64,000 nt of DNA from Sedimentisphaerales bacterium (GTDB taxonomy: Bacteria > Planctomycetota > Phycisphaerae > Sedimentisphaerales > Anaerobacaceae), in NCBI GenBank assembly GCA_963708075.1, contig OY970194.1:1760001-1824000 (forward strand), read 5' to 3'. Within the stretch, counting starts at the first letter, position 1. Each line of letters starts with the position of its first letter. The translations under genes were made by a program, and so were the position numbers. Of this stretch, positions 11,685 through 22,440 are shown piece by piece. Below the pieces are notes generated by a model, which worked only from the letters and a program-made list of their open reading frames with translations, was not told the origin of the DNA and did not search any database.

Positions 11685-12873
11685 TCACAGGTACAACATA
11701 CGAGCAATGCGGCCCAGGATCCAATCGTGGAAGATCATAACAGTAAATACGGCTAATGACAAGAAGGGACCATAGGGAATCTGGCGAATTTTTTTGAAAA
11801 TCATTTGAAAAAGTGCCCAGCCCAGGCCGAAGAACGGCGCGATAAAGAAGGCAATTACGACCATTAGCGGACCCACGACCGCCCCAGCGGCGCCCATCAG
11901 GTGCACGTCCCCCAGTCCCATGGCCTCCTTGCCGAATGCAAGGGTCCCGAGGACGCGGGTCGCCCAGACGACGCCGCAGCCGACAAAGTAACCGAACAGG
12001 CTACCGAGGAGAACCGGCCGCGACAGGGTATGCCATGAGGTCGCCCCACCACTGCCCGATTGGGCCGGGTTTTCGGACAATCGCTGAGGCGGCAACCGCA
12101 CACAGGATGATCGGCAGCAGGAAGACGATCTCGCGGAGTGCTTCGAGGCGGTGATTGAAATCCGGCTCCTCGCAAGCGTCCGCGCCCACGGGTACACTGC
12201 CACTATCCTTCTCCACGGCAAGCTGGTCATGCACCTCAGGCTGCGCGGACTCGTAGCTCCTCTTGAGCAGGCCGGTCCTGAGCAACAGTCCGCTGATCCC
12301 AAGCCCTACCGCCCCGCCAAGGGCAAGGGCACCCGTCTTGGCAGAGGCCAGCGGCAACAGCTTGTACTCTACGAGCACCTGTGGGTGGATGATGTAGCCC
12401 CCGACGGCCGAGCCGATCAGGCCTGCCGCAGTGACCAACCAGCAGATCGAAAGCGGAATAATCCACAACTCCAAGTCAATACCTGACGCCGCGATAAAAG
12501 CGGAAAGCAGGATAAGATGGAGGGCATAGATAAGCCAGGCTCCGTAAAGATCATGCAGAACAGGCCGCAGGCTCATGTGAAAATAGATAATGTACAGGCT
12601 CAAGAACACCGAGCCCGTCAGCAGTTCTACAATGAAGTAGCGGGCGGAGATCGGCGACTTACAGTTCCGGCACCTGGCCCTCAGGACGATCCACGAGACC
12701 AGCGGGATGTTGTCGTAGAACCGGATCGGCTTGCCGCAGTGCGGACACGCCGAGCCCGGCGACACGAGCGACTTCTCGCGGGGCAGCCGATAGATCACGA
12801 CGTTCAGAAAGCTGCCGATGCAGCACCCGAGCGCCAAAACAAATGCCGCCAGAATCCATTCCTGCGGAGTCAT
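11685..12873 (-). CDS. pilD: Prepilin peptidase (A24); apparent 1-nt insertion at 12009-12015
   Basis: GSFLNVVIYRLP, SACPHC, DNIPLVSW..LRARCRNC; C-terminal MGLGD and IPYGPFL in the other frame. Confidence 0.88.
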
Positions 12874-12889
12874 GTTACCTCCATGCATT

Positions 12890-12963
12890 GATTATGGATG
12901 ATGGATGATTGATTATTGAAGAGAAGTCCGGCTTCCTCCGCCAATCATCCATCATCGATAATC
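12890..12963. repeat. 22-bp inverted repeat built from degenerate GATGATG/GATTATT heptamers
   Basis: GATTATGGATGATGGATGATTG (12890-12911) pairs with CAATCATCCATCATCGATAATC (12942-12963), 1 mismatch. Confidence 0.8.
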
Positions 12964-12968
12964 CTTAA

Positions 12969-14192
12969 TCAATCTTCTTTATGTGCCTCGCGATTAACCG
13001 CCCCGGCCACCTTCACCGGCAGCGCAAACAGCCGGATAAAGCCCTTGGCATCCGTCTGATCGTACTCGCTGCCCATCTTAAAGCTGGCCAGATTCGTCTG
13101 GTAGAGGCTGTGCGGACTGGTCATCCCCGCCGCCGTGCAGCGCCCCTTGAACAGCTTGAGCCGGACCTCGCCGGTGACGTTGCGCTGCGTGGCGTTTACG
13201 AACGCATCCAAAGCCTCGCGCAGCGGGCTGAACCACAGGCCGTAGTAGACCAGTTCCGCGTATTTCAACGCCACCTGCTGCTTGTAATGCATCGTTTCCC
13301 GATCTACGGTCAGGCTTTCGAGAGCGCTATGCGCGGTCATCAGAATCGTCCCGCCCGGCGTCTCATAGACACCGCGGGATTTCATGCCCACGAGGCGATT
13401 CTCGACAACATCAACCTGGCCGACGGCGTGCTTGCCGCCGATCTGGTTCAGCGTTTCAATGAGTCTGACGCCATTGATCGCCCGGCCGTCGAGCTTCACG
13501 GGCACGCCCTCATGGAAGCCGATCCTGACGTAGTCCGGCCGATTCGGCGTGCTCGACACGGGGTTGGAAATCACGAACAGCTTATCCTTAGGCTCATTCG
13601 CCGGGTCTTCCAGGTCCGCCCCCTCATGGCTGATGTGCCACAGGTTGCGGTCGCGGGAGTAAATTTTCTTCTTGCTCTGCTCGATGGGGATCTTGTGCTT
13701 CCTGGCGTAATCGATCGCGGCCTCGCGCGAGGTCAGCTTGAAGTTCGGGTCCTTCCAAGGGGCGATGATCTTCAGGGCCGGATCGAGCGCCATGTATGTT
13801 ACCTCGAACCGAACCTGGTCGTTGCCCTTGCCCGTAGCGCCGTGCGCTACTCCCGTCGCCTTCTCCGCGTGGGCCACATCGACCTGATATTTGGCAATCA
13901 GCGGCCGGGCGATGCTCGTCCCCAGCAGGTAGCCATTCTCGTAGATAGCCCCGGCCTTGAGCATCGGCCAGAGGTACTCCTCGACGAACTCCCGCCGCAG
14001 GTCCTTCACCACACACTTGACCGCCCCGCTGGCCAGCGCCTTCTTCTTGATCCCTTCCAGCTCATCGCCCTGCCCCAGCTCGGCGGCGAACGCCACGACG
14101 TCGTATCCGTAGGTCTCCTTCAGCCACGGCAGAATCACACTCGTATCCAGCCCCCCGCTGTACGCCAGCACCACTTTCTCTTTCTTTGCCAT
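12969..14192 (-). CDS. argG: Argininosuccinate synthase
   Basis: LAYSGGLDTS, YLLGTSIARP, HGATGKGNDQVRFE, SRDRNLWHISHEG, ENRLVGMKSRGVYETPG. Confidence 0.97.
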   Translation of the reverse strand: MAKKEKVVLAYSGGLDTSVILPWLKETYGYDVVAFAAELGQGDELEGIKKKALASGAVKCVVKDLRREFVEEYLWPMLKAGAIYENGYLLGTSIARPLIAKYQVDVAHAEKATGVAHGATGKGNDQVRFEVTYMALDPALKIIAPWKDPNFKLTSREAAIDYARKHKIPIEQSKKKIYSRDRNLWHISHEGADLEDPANEPKDKLFVISNPVSSTPNRPDYVRIGFHEGVPVKLDGRAINGVRLIETLNQIGGKHAVGQVDVVENRLVGMKSRGVYETPGGTILMTAHSALESLTVDRETMHYKQQVALKYAELVYYGLWFSPLREALDAFVNATQRNVTGEVRLKLFKGRCTAAGMTSPHSLYQTNLASFKMGSEYDQTDAKGFIRLFALPVKVAGAVNREAHKED

Positions 14193-14349
14193 AGTCACCC
14201 CTTCATGCACAGAGTTTTTGCGAAGCCAGGATTATACGGACCCGCAGGCTGCAATTCAAAGGAATCTCTGCCGCGATCATATCTGTTCTCCCGCCTTCTT
14301 TGCGACCCTCGTGCGGCAACGATCTCGCGCCGCCATCCGCGTGGTTCGG

Positions 14350-16152
14350 TTACGGAGCCTTCAGGAACTGATCGAGTTCTTCGTACTGGAGCCAGAGCTT
14401 CTGGTTGAGGGCACTCAGTACGCCGAGCTCGCCGCGGGAGCGGACCCGGCCGGCATAGGTCTGGAAGAGCTGCTCGATTGGAGCGGCTTGGAATTCAGAC
14501 AGAGCGGCTTTCTTCTCGGCCGATAGTCGCGATGGGTCGATCTTCCCAGTCAGCCAGCGGTCCTTCAGTGTGTAGGCGGGCTCGAGCTTTTGGCCGACTT
14601 CGTCGAGCAGGAGCGTGAATTGCAGGTTTGCCGCCAGCCAGTCCAGATTGCCTCGATGGCGGGCGTCCTCTGCCTGTGCTCGGAGAGACTCGACGGTCGA
14701 GAGCAGGTCCATAAGACGGCTTCTGAGCCCTGCGTCGATCCGGCCCCAGCGGGGATTGTAAGGGAAGTACTCCGGAGATTCCGGGCCGGCAAACAAGCCC
14801 TCCCGGTCAATGCGTGCCAGGATCGGCGCCAGCGTGGTTCCGGCGCGCTGGCCGAACTGAGCCGTGCAGTCCTGCTGATAGATCGCCTCGACCGTCGCCG
14901 GGCTGTTGGGCTCACGCGCGAAGCGGGCGAAGGTATCCAGGTTCAGCCGGGTCTCCTCGGTGCGCCAGTGAATCGCGACGACCCCATCCAGCTTCTGTTC
15001 GCGTGCCAGCTTGACGTGCTCTCGCATCCGGGCCACTCGCGGCTGGAGATGCCAGAGCTGTTGGTCACCTTCCAGCCAGGGAATCGCCCAAACGGGGCGG
15101 TTTCTGGCAATCCGGGCTAGGAACGCCGGCTGTGGAGACAAGCCCTGATTCGGATTCAGGCACGTGAACACAATGTCCTTCGGCAGCACCTTGTCCAGGC
15201 CGAGCAGGATGTCCGGCAGTTGCGTCCCGCCGCCCCAGCCGCCGATAGCGACCTTGACGTTCGGCGACTTCTCGCGGATGTACGAATACGCCTGGCGAAT
15301 ATACGCAAGGGACCAGACGCCCGTGAATCCGGTACCTTCGTTGCCTGTCTCTTCGAAGAGAGGTGCTTCCTGGGCGTACAGCTTCCGGAACTCGGCGGAC
15401 AGCTCAGGGCGCCCCACGTACATGGTGTGCTCGTGAAGCCACAGCCAGATCCAGTCGATGCCAGGGTAGGCCCGGAGGATGTCGTCGATGGTGGCCCGCA
15501 GGATTTCGATAGAGGCTGGGTGGGTGGGGTCGGGCAGCATCGCCCCGCGAATCCAGGAGTCCGGCGGGACGATCGACGCGAACTCGGGCGGGTGAATCCC
15601 GAATTCGAAGCCCATCGCCATCTGAATGCCGCGCTCGTGGGCCATCGCCAGCACCCGCCGCATCAATTCCTGGGCCCGCCGGTACCGATCCTCATTGTCC
15701 CGAGCCAGCACAGCGCATCTCGCGCCGAACGCCTCTGCTCCTTCCGGCATGGGGAATACCTTGCCCGTTCCGAAGGCAAAGTCCCGCACCCTGAGAGGCC
15801 GATACCCCCACCGGGCCGTCAATGACGTGTCAAATCCGGCGGCAGGCACAACGTCGCGGTACTCGATGCGAATCATCGGCTCGACATAGGGCGCGTATCG
15901 CTCCGCCCCGCCGGTATAGCAATGAAACCCAACGAAATTGAGCCCAAGCTCCTTGAGCCGGTCAAGGTACCGCTCATAATCTCCTTCATCCCAAGCCGTA
16001 GGCCCCGAGAGGAAATTATGCCACGGCAGCGTCCCGCGAAGTGCAAAACCCGCATCTTCCGCTGCCCTTACCTGCCCGCTCAGCGCAGGCACATCTATGA
16101 CAATGGCAAAACACGCTACGAATAGTCTCGTCACAAATCTGGTGCCTTCCAT
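14350..16152 (-). CDS. Exported hypothetical protein, probable TIM-barrel glycoside-hydrolase-like
   Basis: Signal peptide; LRGTLPWHNF...DYERYLDRL..LGLN pattern; lies among carbohydrate genes; family not assignable. Confidence 0.55.
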   Translation of the reverse strand: MEGTRFVTRLFVACFAIVIDVPALSGQVRAAEDAGFALRGTLPWHNFLSGPTAWDEGDYERYLDRLKELGLNFVGFHCYTGGAERYAPYVEPMIRIEYRDVVPAAGFDTSLTARWGYRPLRVRDFAFGTGKVFPMPEGAEAFGARCAVLARDNEDRYRRAQELMRRVLAMAHERGIQMAMGFEFGIHPPEFASIVPPDSWIRGAMLPDPTHPASIEILRATIDDILRAYPGIDWIWLWLHEHTMYVGRPELSAEFRKLYAQEAPLFEETGNEGTGFTGVWSLAYIRQAYSYIREKSPNVKVAIGGWGGGTQLPDILLGLDKVLPKDIVFTCLNPNQGLSPQPAFLARIARNRPVWAIPWLEGDQQLWHLQPRVARMREHVKLAREQKLDGVVAIHWRTEETRLNLDTFARFAREPNSPATVEAIYQQDCTAQFGQRAGTTLAPILARIDREGLFAGPESPEYFPYNPRWGRIDAGLRSRLMDLLSTVESLRAQAEDARHRGNLDWLAANLQFTLLLDEVGQKLEPAYTLKDRWLTGKIDPSRLSAEKKAALSEFQAAPIEQLFQTYAGRVRSRGELGVLSALNQKLWLQYEELDQFLKAP

Positions 16153-16219
16153 GACATCCTCCAGACAATGAATCGAGAATCAACGATAGTCCGTTTGGCG
16201 GCTCTTCCTTGTGTGCCTG

Positions 16220-17779
16220 TCACGCCGTACCGCTGTAACATTGCCACTCGATTTTGCCGAGCTTCTTGAGGGCGTAGCCGATCTCACGAAGATAGTCGCC
16301 GTAGATGATCTGCGTGTGGAATCCCTCCATCTCGGCCATGAGCCGGCGCCAGTCGCCATCGATGGCGATCTCCATCTGCGACCGGCAAGCGGGGTAGGCG
16401 GGCGATTCGACGATGGTCCCGCGAAAGCCCTGCCACTTGGTGCATCGAAGGTTCGGAATCACGACGGTGACCGTCTGGCCTTTCGTGTACTCGACCCGGC
16501 AGGCGGCCCCGTAGTCGGATTCGAAGTGGGTCATGATCGTCGCCGGCTCGTAGTCCCTGCCGTTCATTTTCCGCGGGGCCGCACAGTGTGCGACGGTGAA
16601 CAGGCCGTCGTGCGGGAAGTGCGAGTTGCAGACGAACGTCGGCCGGCCGGCAATCCACCGCATCAGGACTCCGGGGAACGTGTGCGACAGATCGGTATGA
16701 CAATACGCCGTATAGCCTGCATCATTGGCCAGACTGAGCACCAGGCATGGCGGCGTGTCCAGCATCTCGATCACCTGCCCGCCCATGCATCGCGCAAAGC
16801 CGAAGTTCGAGGCCCCTGTCTCCGCCAGCAACTGCTCGCACACACCCAATGCCAGGCAGGAGTTGACGACGAACTTCCGCTGCGTTTGCAGCGTGACGTT
16901 GGGCGTCTTGAGCAACTCCTCCGCGCGCCGCTCGGCATTCTCTACGAGCTTCGGATCATTGCGGGCCTTGGTCAATCGCTCGGCGAACTGCTGCTCCGTG
17001 ATGCTCTCAATCCGGTAGTCCCACACCTCCTTGGCATGGACGGGGCCGTTGGCCTGTGCCGGTTCGCTGTACGCGATCAAGCCGCCGATAGCCAGCATCT
17101 TCGTCCCCTTGGAATTAGCCAGTCCATAGAGGGCGCGCAGCCGCCAGAGCAGTTGGCCGTAGTCATCGACGACGATATCCTGCACGTCCGCGCTGGGCAC
17201 AACGAATGTGTCGCCATTCTGCCGCAGGAAGCGCCAATGGGCAATTTCGTACCAAAGGTAGAACGGCCCGGACTTGTGCCGAATGAACATGATCATCGAG
17301 GCTTTGGAGGCGGCCACCGCATTGACGATTTCAGTCCCACCCGATGCCGCGTACAGGACGATCGCGTCCGCATCGGTCCCGGCGACCTTCTTGCCCTCCT
17401 CCTCGCTTCGTACGCTGACCAGCGGCAGCACCTCTATCGGGAACTCCGCTCCATCCACCAGCTTTGCCAATTCGTCCTTGATGCGGCCGATCTCGGCCGC
17501 GACATCGCTCTCAGTGCTCAGTCCGCCGTAGCCCCGCCAGCTCGTCTTCTCCTGCCGCTGTGCCAGGCTGTACATCAGCACCGGCTGCACGCGAACGGCC
17601 CGCCCCTTCGGCAAAGCCTGTCCCCCGGCTGCGGCTCCGCCTGATGCAGTCTTCCGCTTCGTCGATTCTCCGCCGCTAAGTCCCGCAACTGCCGCCACCG
17701 CTCCCAGCCCGCCTAAAAATCCCCGCCGGCTGATTCCTGCATCACTACTGCTCACACTCCCTGGATTCTCGCTACACAT
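16220..17779 (-). CDS. Tat-signal L-fucose/L-arabinose isomerase-like protein (paralog A)
   Basis: ISRRGFL Tat motif; PCL..SL.ND.G, AHC..P, THFESDYGA, CRSQ and GFH motifs shared with 56578..58157. Confidence 0.75.
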   Translation of the reverse strand: MCSENPGSVSSSDAGISRRGFLGGLGAVAAVAGLSGGESTKRKTASGGAAAGGQALPKGRAVRVQPVLMYSLAQRQEKTSWRGYGGLSTESDVAAEIGRIKDELAKLVDGAEFPIEVLPLVSVRSEEEGKKVAGTDADAIVLYAASGGTEIVNAVAASKASMIMFIRHKSGPFYLWYEIAHWRFLRQNGDTFVVPSADVQDIVVDDYGQLLWRLRALYGLANSKGTKMLAIGGLIAYSEPAQANGPVHAKEVWDYRIESITEQQFAERLTKARNDPKLVENAERRAEELLKTPNVTLQTQRKFVVNSCLALGVCEQLLAETGASNFGFARCMGGQVIEMLDTPPCLVLSLANDAGYTAYCHTDLSHTFPGVLMRWIAGRPTFVCNSHFPHDGLFTVAHCAAPRKMNGRDYEPATIMTHFESDYGAACRVEYTKGQTVTVVIPNLRCTKWQGFRGTIVESPAYPACRSQMEIAIDGDWRRLMAEMEGFHTQIIYGDYLREIGYALKKLGKIEWQCYSGTA

Positions 17780-17895
17780 GGTGGTCTCTCCAATCTGAAT
17801 AATCTGCCTGAAGTGCAAACGCGGGGATCCGACCCCGCCGTCGCAGAGCCAACAGGGCCGACATTCGTGCTGCTCCAGTCAATTCCTGTTATCGT

Positions 17896-20712
17896 TTAGA
17901 GCCTATTCGCTGCGGCCAGGCTGGACTTGAATTCATAGGAGCCGGGCTGCAATTCCAGCGTTAACTGACCAGGCTGAGCGGAAAGTGGCGTCAAGCCCTT
18001 AGCCTGTGTGAGCGGCTGGTTGCTTTCGGTGACGGTCTTTTCATCGGCCGTCGGCAGGTACAGCGTGGCCGTCGTGTTCGGGGGGACGGTGACATTCAGG
18101 GTCAGGAGCCCTTTGCCGTCGATGCTCCAGTTGCTTGTGATTCGGCCGTAGATGCAGTCATGGTGGGCTTTCACCCATTTGAGGGAGGGGTCGTCCACCA
18201 CACCTGGCTTGATGACAAAACGCTTGAAGCCGGGGGTCTGCGGGTCGGTCTTGATGCCGGCCAGGCCCTCGATGAACCAGGTGCCGATGTACAGGTACGA
18301 GCTGTGGCAGAGGGAGTTGTCCATATCCCACGATTCGTACATCGCCGTGGCGCCGCTGCGGAGCATATCACCCCAGCCGGGATAGGTGTCCTTGTTCGCC
18401 ATCGCAAAGAGCAGGTCCTGGCGGTCCAGAGCGAGCAGCGTCTTGTAGAGGAACGCGCCGCCCGTGATGCCGGCGTGGATGTGACCCTTGCGGCGGATCA
18501 CGATTTCCTCTTCGAGCCGCTTCTCCACAGCCGGGCGGATGTCCTGCGGCGGAAGGTTCACGAGAAGCGCGATGGCGAGGTATGCCTGGAAGCCATTGAC
18601 ATAACTGCTCTCGGCCGGGATGAAGAACTCCTGATGCACGGCCTTGCGGACCTCGTCGGCGCGGGCACGGTACTTGTCGCCATCAGCCTTCTTGCCGATC
18701 AGGTCAGCAATCGTCGCGGCCGTCTGAAGGTTGAAGATCCAATAGCAGTTGTTATAGAACAGGGTCTCACGTGTATCCCCGTTGACACCTTTGGCGCCCG
18801 GCCAGAGCCAATCGCCGAGGAAGTCCCACTCACCGCCCCACCGTCGCAGGATGTTGTCCTTGGCTTTGGTTTCGAGGAAGGCCAGCCAGCGCTGGATCGT
18901 CGGGAAGTTGTCTTCGAGGATGCGGGTATCGCCGTAACGCTCGTAGATTTCCCAGGGCAGCGTGATGCAGTAGCCGCTCCAGCCGGGCCCGCCGCCGCCC
19001 CAGTACGTCGGGGCCGTGTAGGGCAGGTTGCCGCTTTCGATGGTGTCCTGGACCGCCGCTTTCTCCGCGGTGCCCCAGGCGGCACTGCCGCCCTGCACGT
19101 CGCGCCAATCCTGGCTCCACTTCGTATAGAACGCCCCGAGACCGTAGTTGTTCAGGCCGCACTCCGTGGTCGCGTGCGCGTCGCCGCCATAGCCCATCCG
19201 CTCGCGGTGCGGGCAATCGACGACGTAGCCGCCGAGGCTGAGATCCTCGAACGTCCACAGGGTTGTGTCATAGATCTTGTTCAGCAGTTCGTTCGAGCAT
19301 TCGAAATCCGCTGCACGGGCGTAGTCGGTCCGCACGAGCCAGGCACGCATGTCCTCCACGGCGGGCTTATATTTGAGTCCCTCGACGGTGACCCATCGGC
19401 CAGTGAAATAGTTGAACCGGTTGCGAAACGTCCCTTTGCCCGAGGGTCCGACGATGTACTGGCTGCGCAGCCGGTGCGTCATATCCGCGCTCGGCCGCTC
19501 AGAGAACTTGAATTCGACCGTGTCGCCGGGCTGCCCGCGCAGGTTCGCTTCGAGCCAGCCGGTGACATTGACGCCGAGGTCCACGCGATAGGTGCCGGGC
19601 TTGACTTCCTCCACCGCCACAGGGCGAATCTCCTTGATCCGCCGATTCGGCTCGATCATCTCGGCGGACAGCGCAAGATTCGGCGAGTAGACGATGGCGG
19701 ACTTCCACCCGGAGTCGTCGAACTCCGCGCCGGCCCAGTTGGGGATTTCTTTGTTGGCATCGTACCGCTCACCGCCGAAGTGCATAAAGTCCCACACGCC
19801 CAGCAGCGTATTCGGGCTGGCGTACGTGCGCCACGTGTCATCCGTCACAATCCGGACTGCCTCGGCGCCGGGCACCCTGATATCCGCCTGGGCCAGGACA
19901 ATCGGCGTCTGCGGCCTGTCGTCCGTCTTATACGGCGGGAAGATCGACCAGGAGACGCCCAGCCACAACGCAATGACATTCCCGCCCTGCTTGAGCTGGT
20001 CGGTGATTTCATACGTGACGTAGCGGGCGCGCTTACGGTGGTTCGTCACCGCCGGGGCCAGCACATCGTCGCCGATGCGTTTGCCATTGACATACAACTC
20101 GTGGTAGCCGACGGAGGCCACATAGACCACCGCCTGCTCCGGCTTAGCCTTCAGATCAAACGTTTTGCGCAGCCAGGGGTCCGGCACTTTGTTGTCCGGC
20201 GGGGGAAAGCCCCTGCCCCGGCTGAAGACATCGCTCGTGCCGATCCACTTGCCCGACCAATCGGATTTCTCCAGCAATCCCATGGTCCACCGGCCCGACT
20301 TGCTCCAGGCCGATGTCCTGCCCCCCTCATCCTTGACTCGTACCTTCCAGTAGCACTCCATCCCCGAGCCGAGCGGCTTGCCGCCATAGACGACGTGGAC
20401 CGACTGGCCCGACGAGGCCATGCCGGAATCCCAGAGATCGCCCTTGTCGCCGTCCAGTAGCGTCTTGGCGCTCGCCACGAGAACCTGATAGCCTGTCTGC
20501 CCCTGGCCACGCGATTGCGGGTCCACGGCAACCAGCTTCCAACTCAGTCGCGGCTGCCGCACGTCGATCCCCAGCGGATCGGCCAGGTACTCGCAGCGCA
20601 CGTCGGCCACGGTCACAGAACATTGTCCGCTCGCCGCACTGGCACAGAGTGTGAGCAGAACGACAAAGCATACCATCCACTGCATAGGTCTGTTGATGCG
20701 AGATGCTCTCAT
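17896..20712 (-). CDS. Alpha-L-rhamnosidase (GH78 family), exported
   Basis: CEYLADPLGID..PRLSW, LWDSG, GERYDA, DCPHRERMGYGGD, GWGDML..GAT..YESW, SLCH. Confidence 0.88.
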   Translation of the reverse strand: MRASRINRPMQWMVCFVVLLTLCASAASGQCSVTVADVRCEYLADPLGIDVRQPRLSWKLVAVDPQSRGQGQTGYQVLVASAKTLLDGDKGDLWDSGMASSGQSVHVVYGGKPLGSGMECYWKVRVKDEGGRTSAWSKSGRWTMGLLEKSDWSGKWIGTSDVFSRGRGFPPPDNKVPDPWLRKTFDLKAKPEQAVVYVASVGYHELYVNGKRIGDDVLAPAVTNHRKRARYVTYEITDQLKQGGNVIALWLGVSWSIFPPYKTDDRPQTPIVLAQADIRVPGAEAVRIVTDDTWRTYASPNTLLGVWDFMHFGGERYDANKEIPNWAGAEFDDSGWKSAIVYSPNLALSAEMIEPNRRIKEIRPVAVEEVKPGTYRVDLGVNVTGWLEANLRGQPGDTVEFKFSERPSADMTHRLRSQYIVGPSGKGTFRNRFNYFTGRWVTVEGLKYKPAVEDMRAWLVRTDYARAADFECSNELLNKIYDTTLWTFEDLSLGGYVVDCPHRERMGYGGDAHATTECGLNNYGLGAFYTKWSQDWRDVQGGSAAWGTAEKAAVQDTIESGNLPYTAPTYWGGGGPGWSGYCITLPWEIYERYGDTRILEDNFPTIQRWLAFLETKAKDNILRRWGGEWDFLGDWLWPGAKGVNGDTRETLFYNNCYWIFNLQTAATIADLIGKKADGDKYRARADEVRKAVHQEFFIPAESSYVNGFQAYLAIALLVNLPPQDIRPAVEKRLEEEIVIRRKGHIHAGITGGAFLYKTLLALDRQDLLFAMANKDTYPGWGDMLRSGATAMYESWDMDNSLCHSSYLYIGTWFIEGLAGIKTDPQTPGFKRFVIKPGVVDDPSLKWVKAHHDCIYGRITSNWSIDGKGLLTLNVTVPPNTTATLYLPTADEKTVTESNQPLTQAKGLTPLSAQPGQLTLELQPGSYEFKSSLAAANRL

Positions 20713-20833
20713 GCTGGCCTCCTGAATCGGCTGATCCACGGTCCTCACGGGACCACAGCGCGCACGTCACGCTCGACCTGCGCGGACCCGGATTATAGCC
20801 GCGGTCCATGGCCGATGCTACGCAAAAACAGCC

Positions 20834-21013
20834 TTACGGCCGGCCGGGGTCCGGGCGGGACGTGAGTGGATCACCGGGGGCTTCGCATGTCGGGGTGACG
20901 GAGGGTCGCTTGATGCGGACAACGGCTCCGATGAGGACCACGCCGACCCAGACGCCGCTGGCCATGATCAGACCCGCCGCCACGACCACACCGATCATCA
21001 CAGCCGTTTCCAT
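20834..21013 (-). CDS. Small single-span membrane protein (59 aa), translationally coupled to the symporter
   Basis: TAATG overlap with the symporter stop; METAVMIGVVVAAGLIMASGVWVGVVLIGAVVRIKR... Confidence 0.55.
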   Translation of the reverse strand: METAVMIGVVVAAGLIMASGVWVGVVLIGAVVRIKRPSVTPTCEAPGDPLTSRPDPGRP

Positions 21014-22400
21014 TACTTGGACTCCATGAACAGAGCACTCAGGAAATGCCCAAGGAGGTACGCCGCCAGGGCTGCCGCCAAAGCCAGGAGAATCGGGGGA
21101 ATCTGCACGGCATCGTGCCAGATGAATTGGAAAGACAGGGCAACCGCCGCACCGGTGACCATAGATAGAATGCCTGCCAGGGGACGCGGCTTCTTGAGCC
21201 AAAGCCCGAGGACTGCCGCAGGTAGGATCGCCGGCGCCCAGACGGTGTAGCAGATCAGCAGGCCCCGTATGATACTGGGGACGGCTACCGCGGCCGCGGC
21301 CGCCAAAGCGGCAATGCCCACGGTGGCTGCGCGGCCGCATATGAGCGAGGCCCGATCCGAAATCTTCACGAACGGCCTGATAACGTCCTCCGTGAACGCC
21401 ACGGCCCCGGCGTTCAGGAGCGAGTCCAGGCTCGACATGATTACGGAGAGCAACGCCACCAGCAGTATCGCATAGCCTGCCGGCGGCGTGACTGTCTTGA
21501 CCAGTGTCAAGAGCACATCGTCCTCGCCGGTCCCGGCAGGGATGATCGCGCGCGCGACGATGCCCAGCGAGATCATGATCGTGAACCATACCATGCTGAA
21601 CAGCCCCGCCAGGACGAAACTGTTCCTCGACGCCCCGGTCGTCTGCGTTGCAAGGGCGCGGTTCGCGTAAGGCGGTATCAGGGTCTCGCCGAGAAGAAAG
21701 GCGGCTATCAGTCCGAGGATCTGCACCCAGGAGGTGGATCGAAAGCCCACTGCCGTCGCTGCTGTCAATTCGTAGCTCAGTGCAGCGGCGCCGTCGCGCA
21801 ACGGCACAAACATGATGAACAGGAGGATCACCGGCATGAGGATGGTGAACAGGGTGAACTGCAGAGCGTCCGTCATCACGCTGGCCCGGAGCCCGCCGAA
21901 GCTCGTGTACAGTGTCGTTGCAATCGCAATCAGGACGATCGCGATCCACTTGGAAATCCCGAAGGCGTCCTGCACCACGACCCCGGCGGCATTCGCCATC
22001 ACGGCGGCAAATCCCATGCAGAGGCCTACGGAGATCACGCCCGCCAGGATCTGGCACGTGCGATTGTACTTCTGGCCGATGGCGTCGCCGAGGGTGTGAC
22101 AACCGCTGAGCGACCGCAGTCGCGGCGCAATGAACAGGCCGACGAGGATGTTCTGGAGGGAGTAGGCAAGGCCGACGAACAGGAACAGCAGGCCGCTCTG
22201 GAAACCCTTGCCCGCAAAGCCGATGGAGAAGCCGGGACCCACATACGCGGCGCAGAGACTGCCGAAGATCAGGGCAAGAGGCAGGGAACGCTTCGCGAGG
22301 GAGAATTCCGCATACTCGCGGGCAGCGCGGCGCGCACGGCGACAATCCCGAGAATGATGAGATACCCAGCAACGAGCGCCACCGATGCAACCACACGCAC
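21013..22400 (-). CDS. Sodium:solute symporter (SSS family); apparent 1-nt deletion near 22330
   Basis: EFSLAKRSLP..., GPGFSIG, YTSFGGLRASVMTDALQF, SVIMSSLDSLLN; many TM segments; first TM helix (GTG 22400) lies in a different frame. Confidence 0.85.
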
Positions 22401-22440
22401 TATCCTATCGACAAATCAGACTGCCCCATCCGTGCACGCA

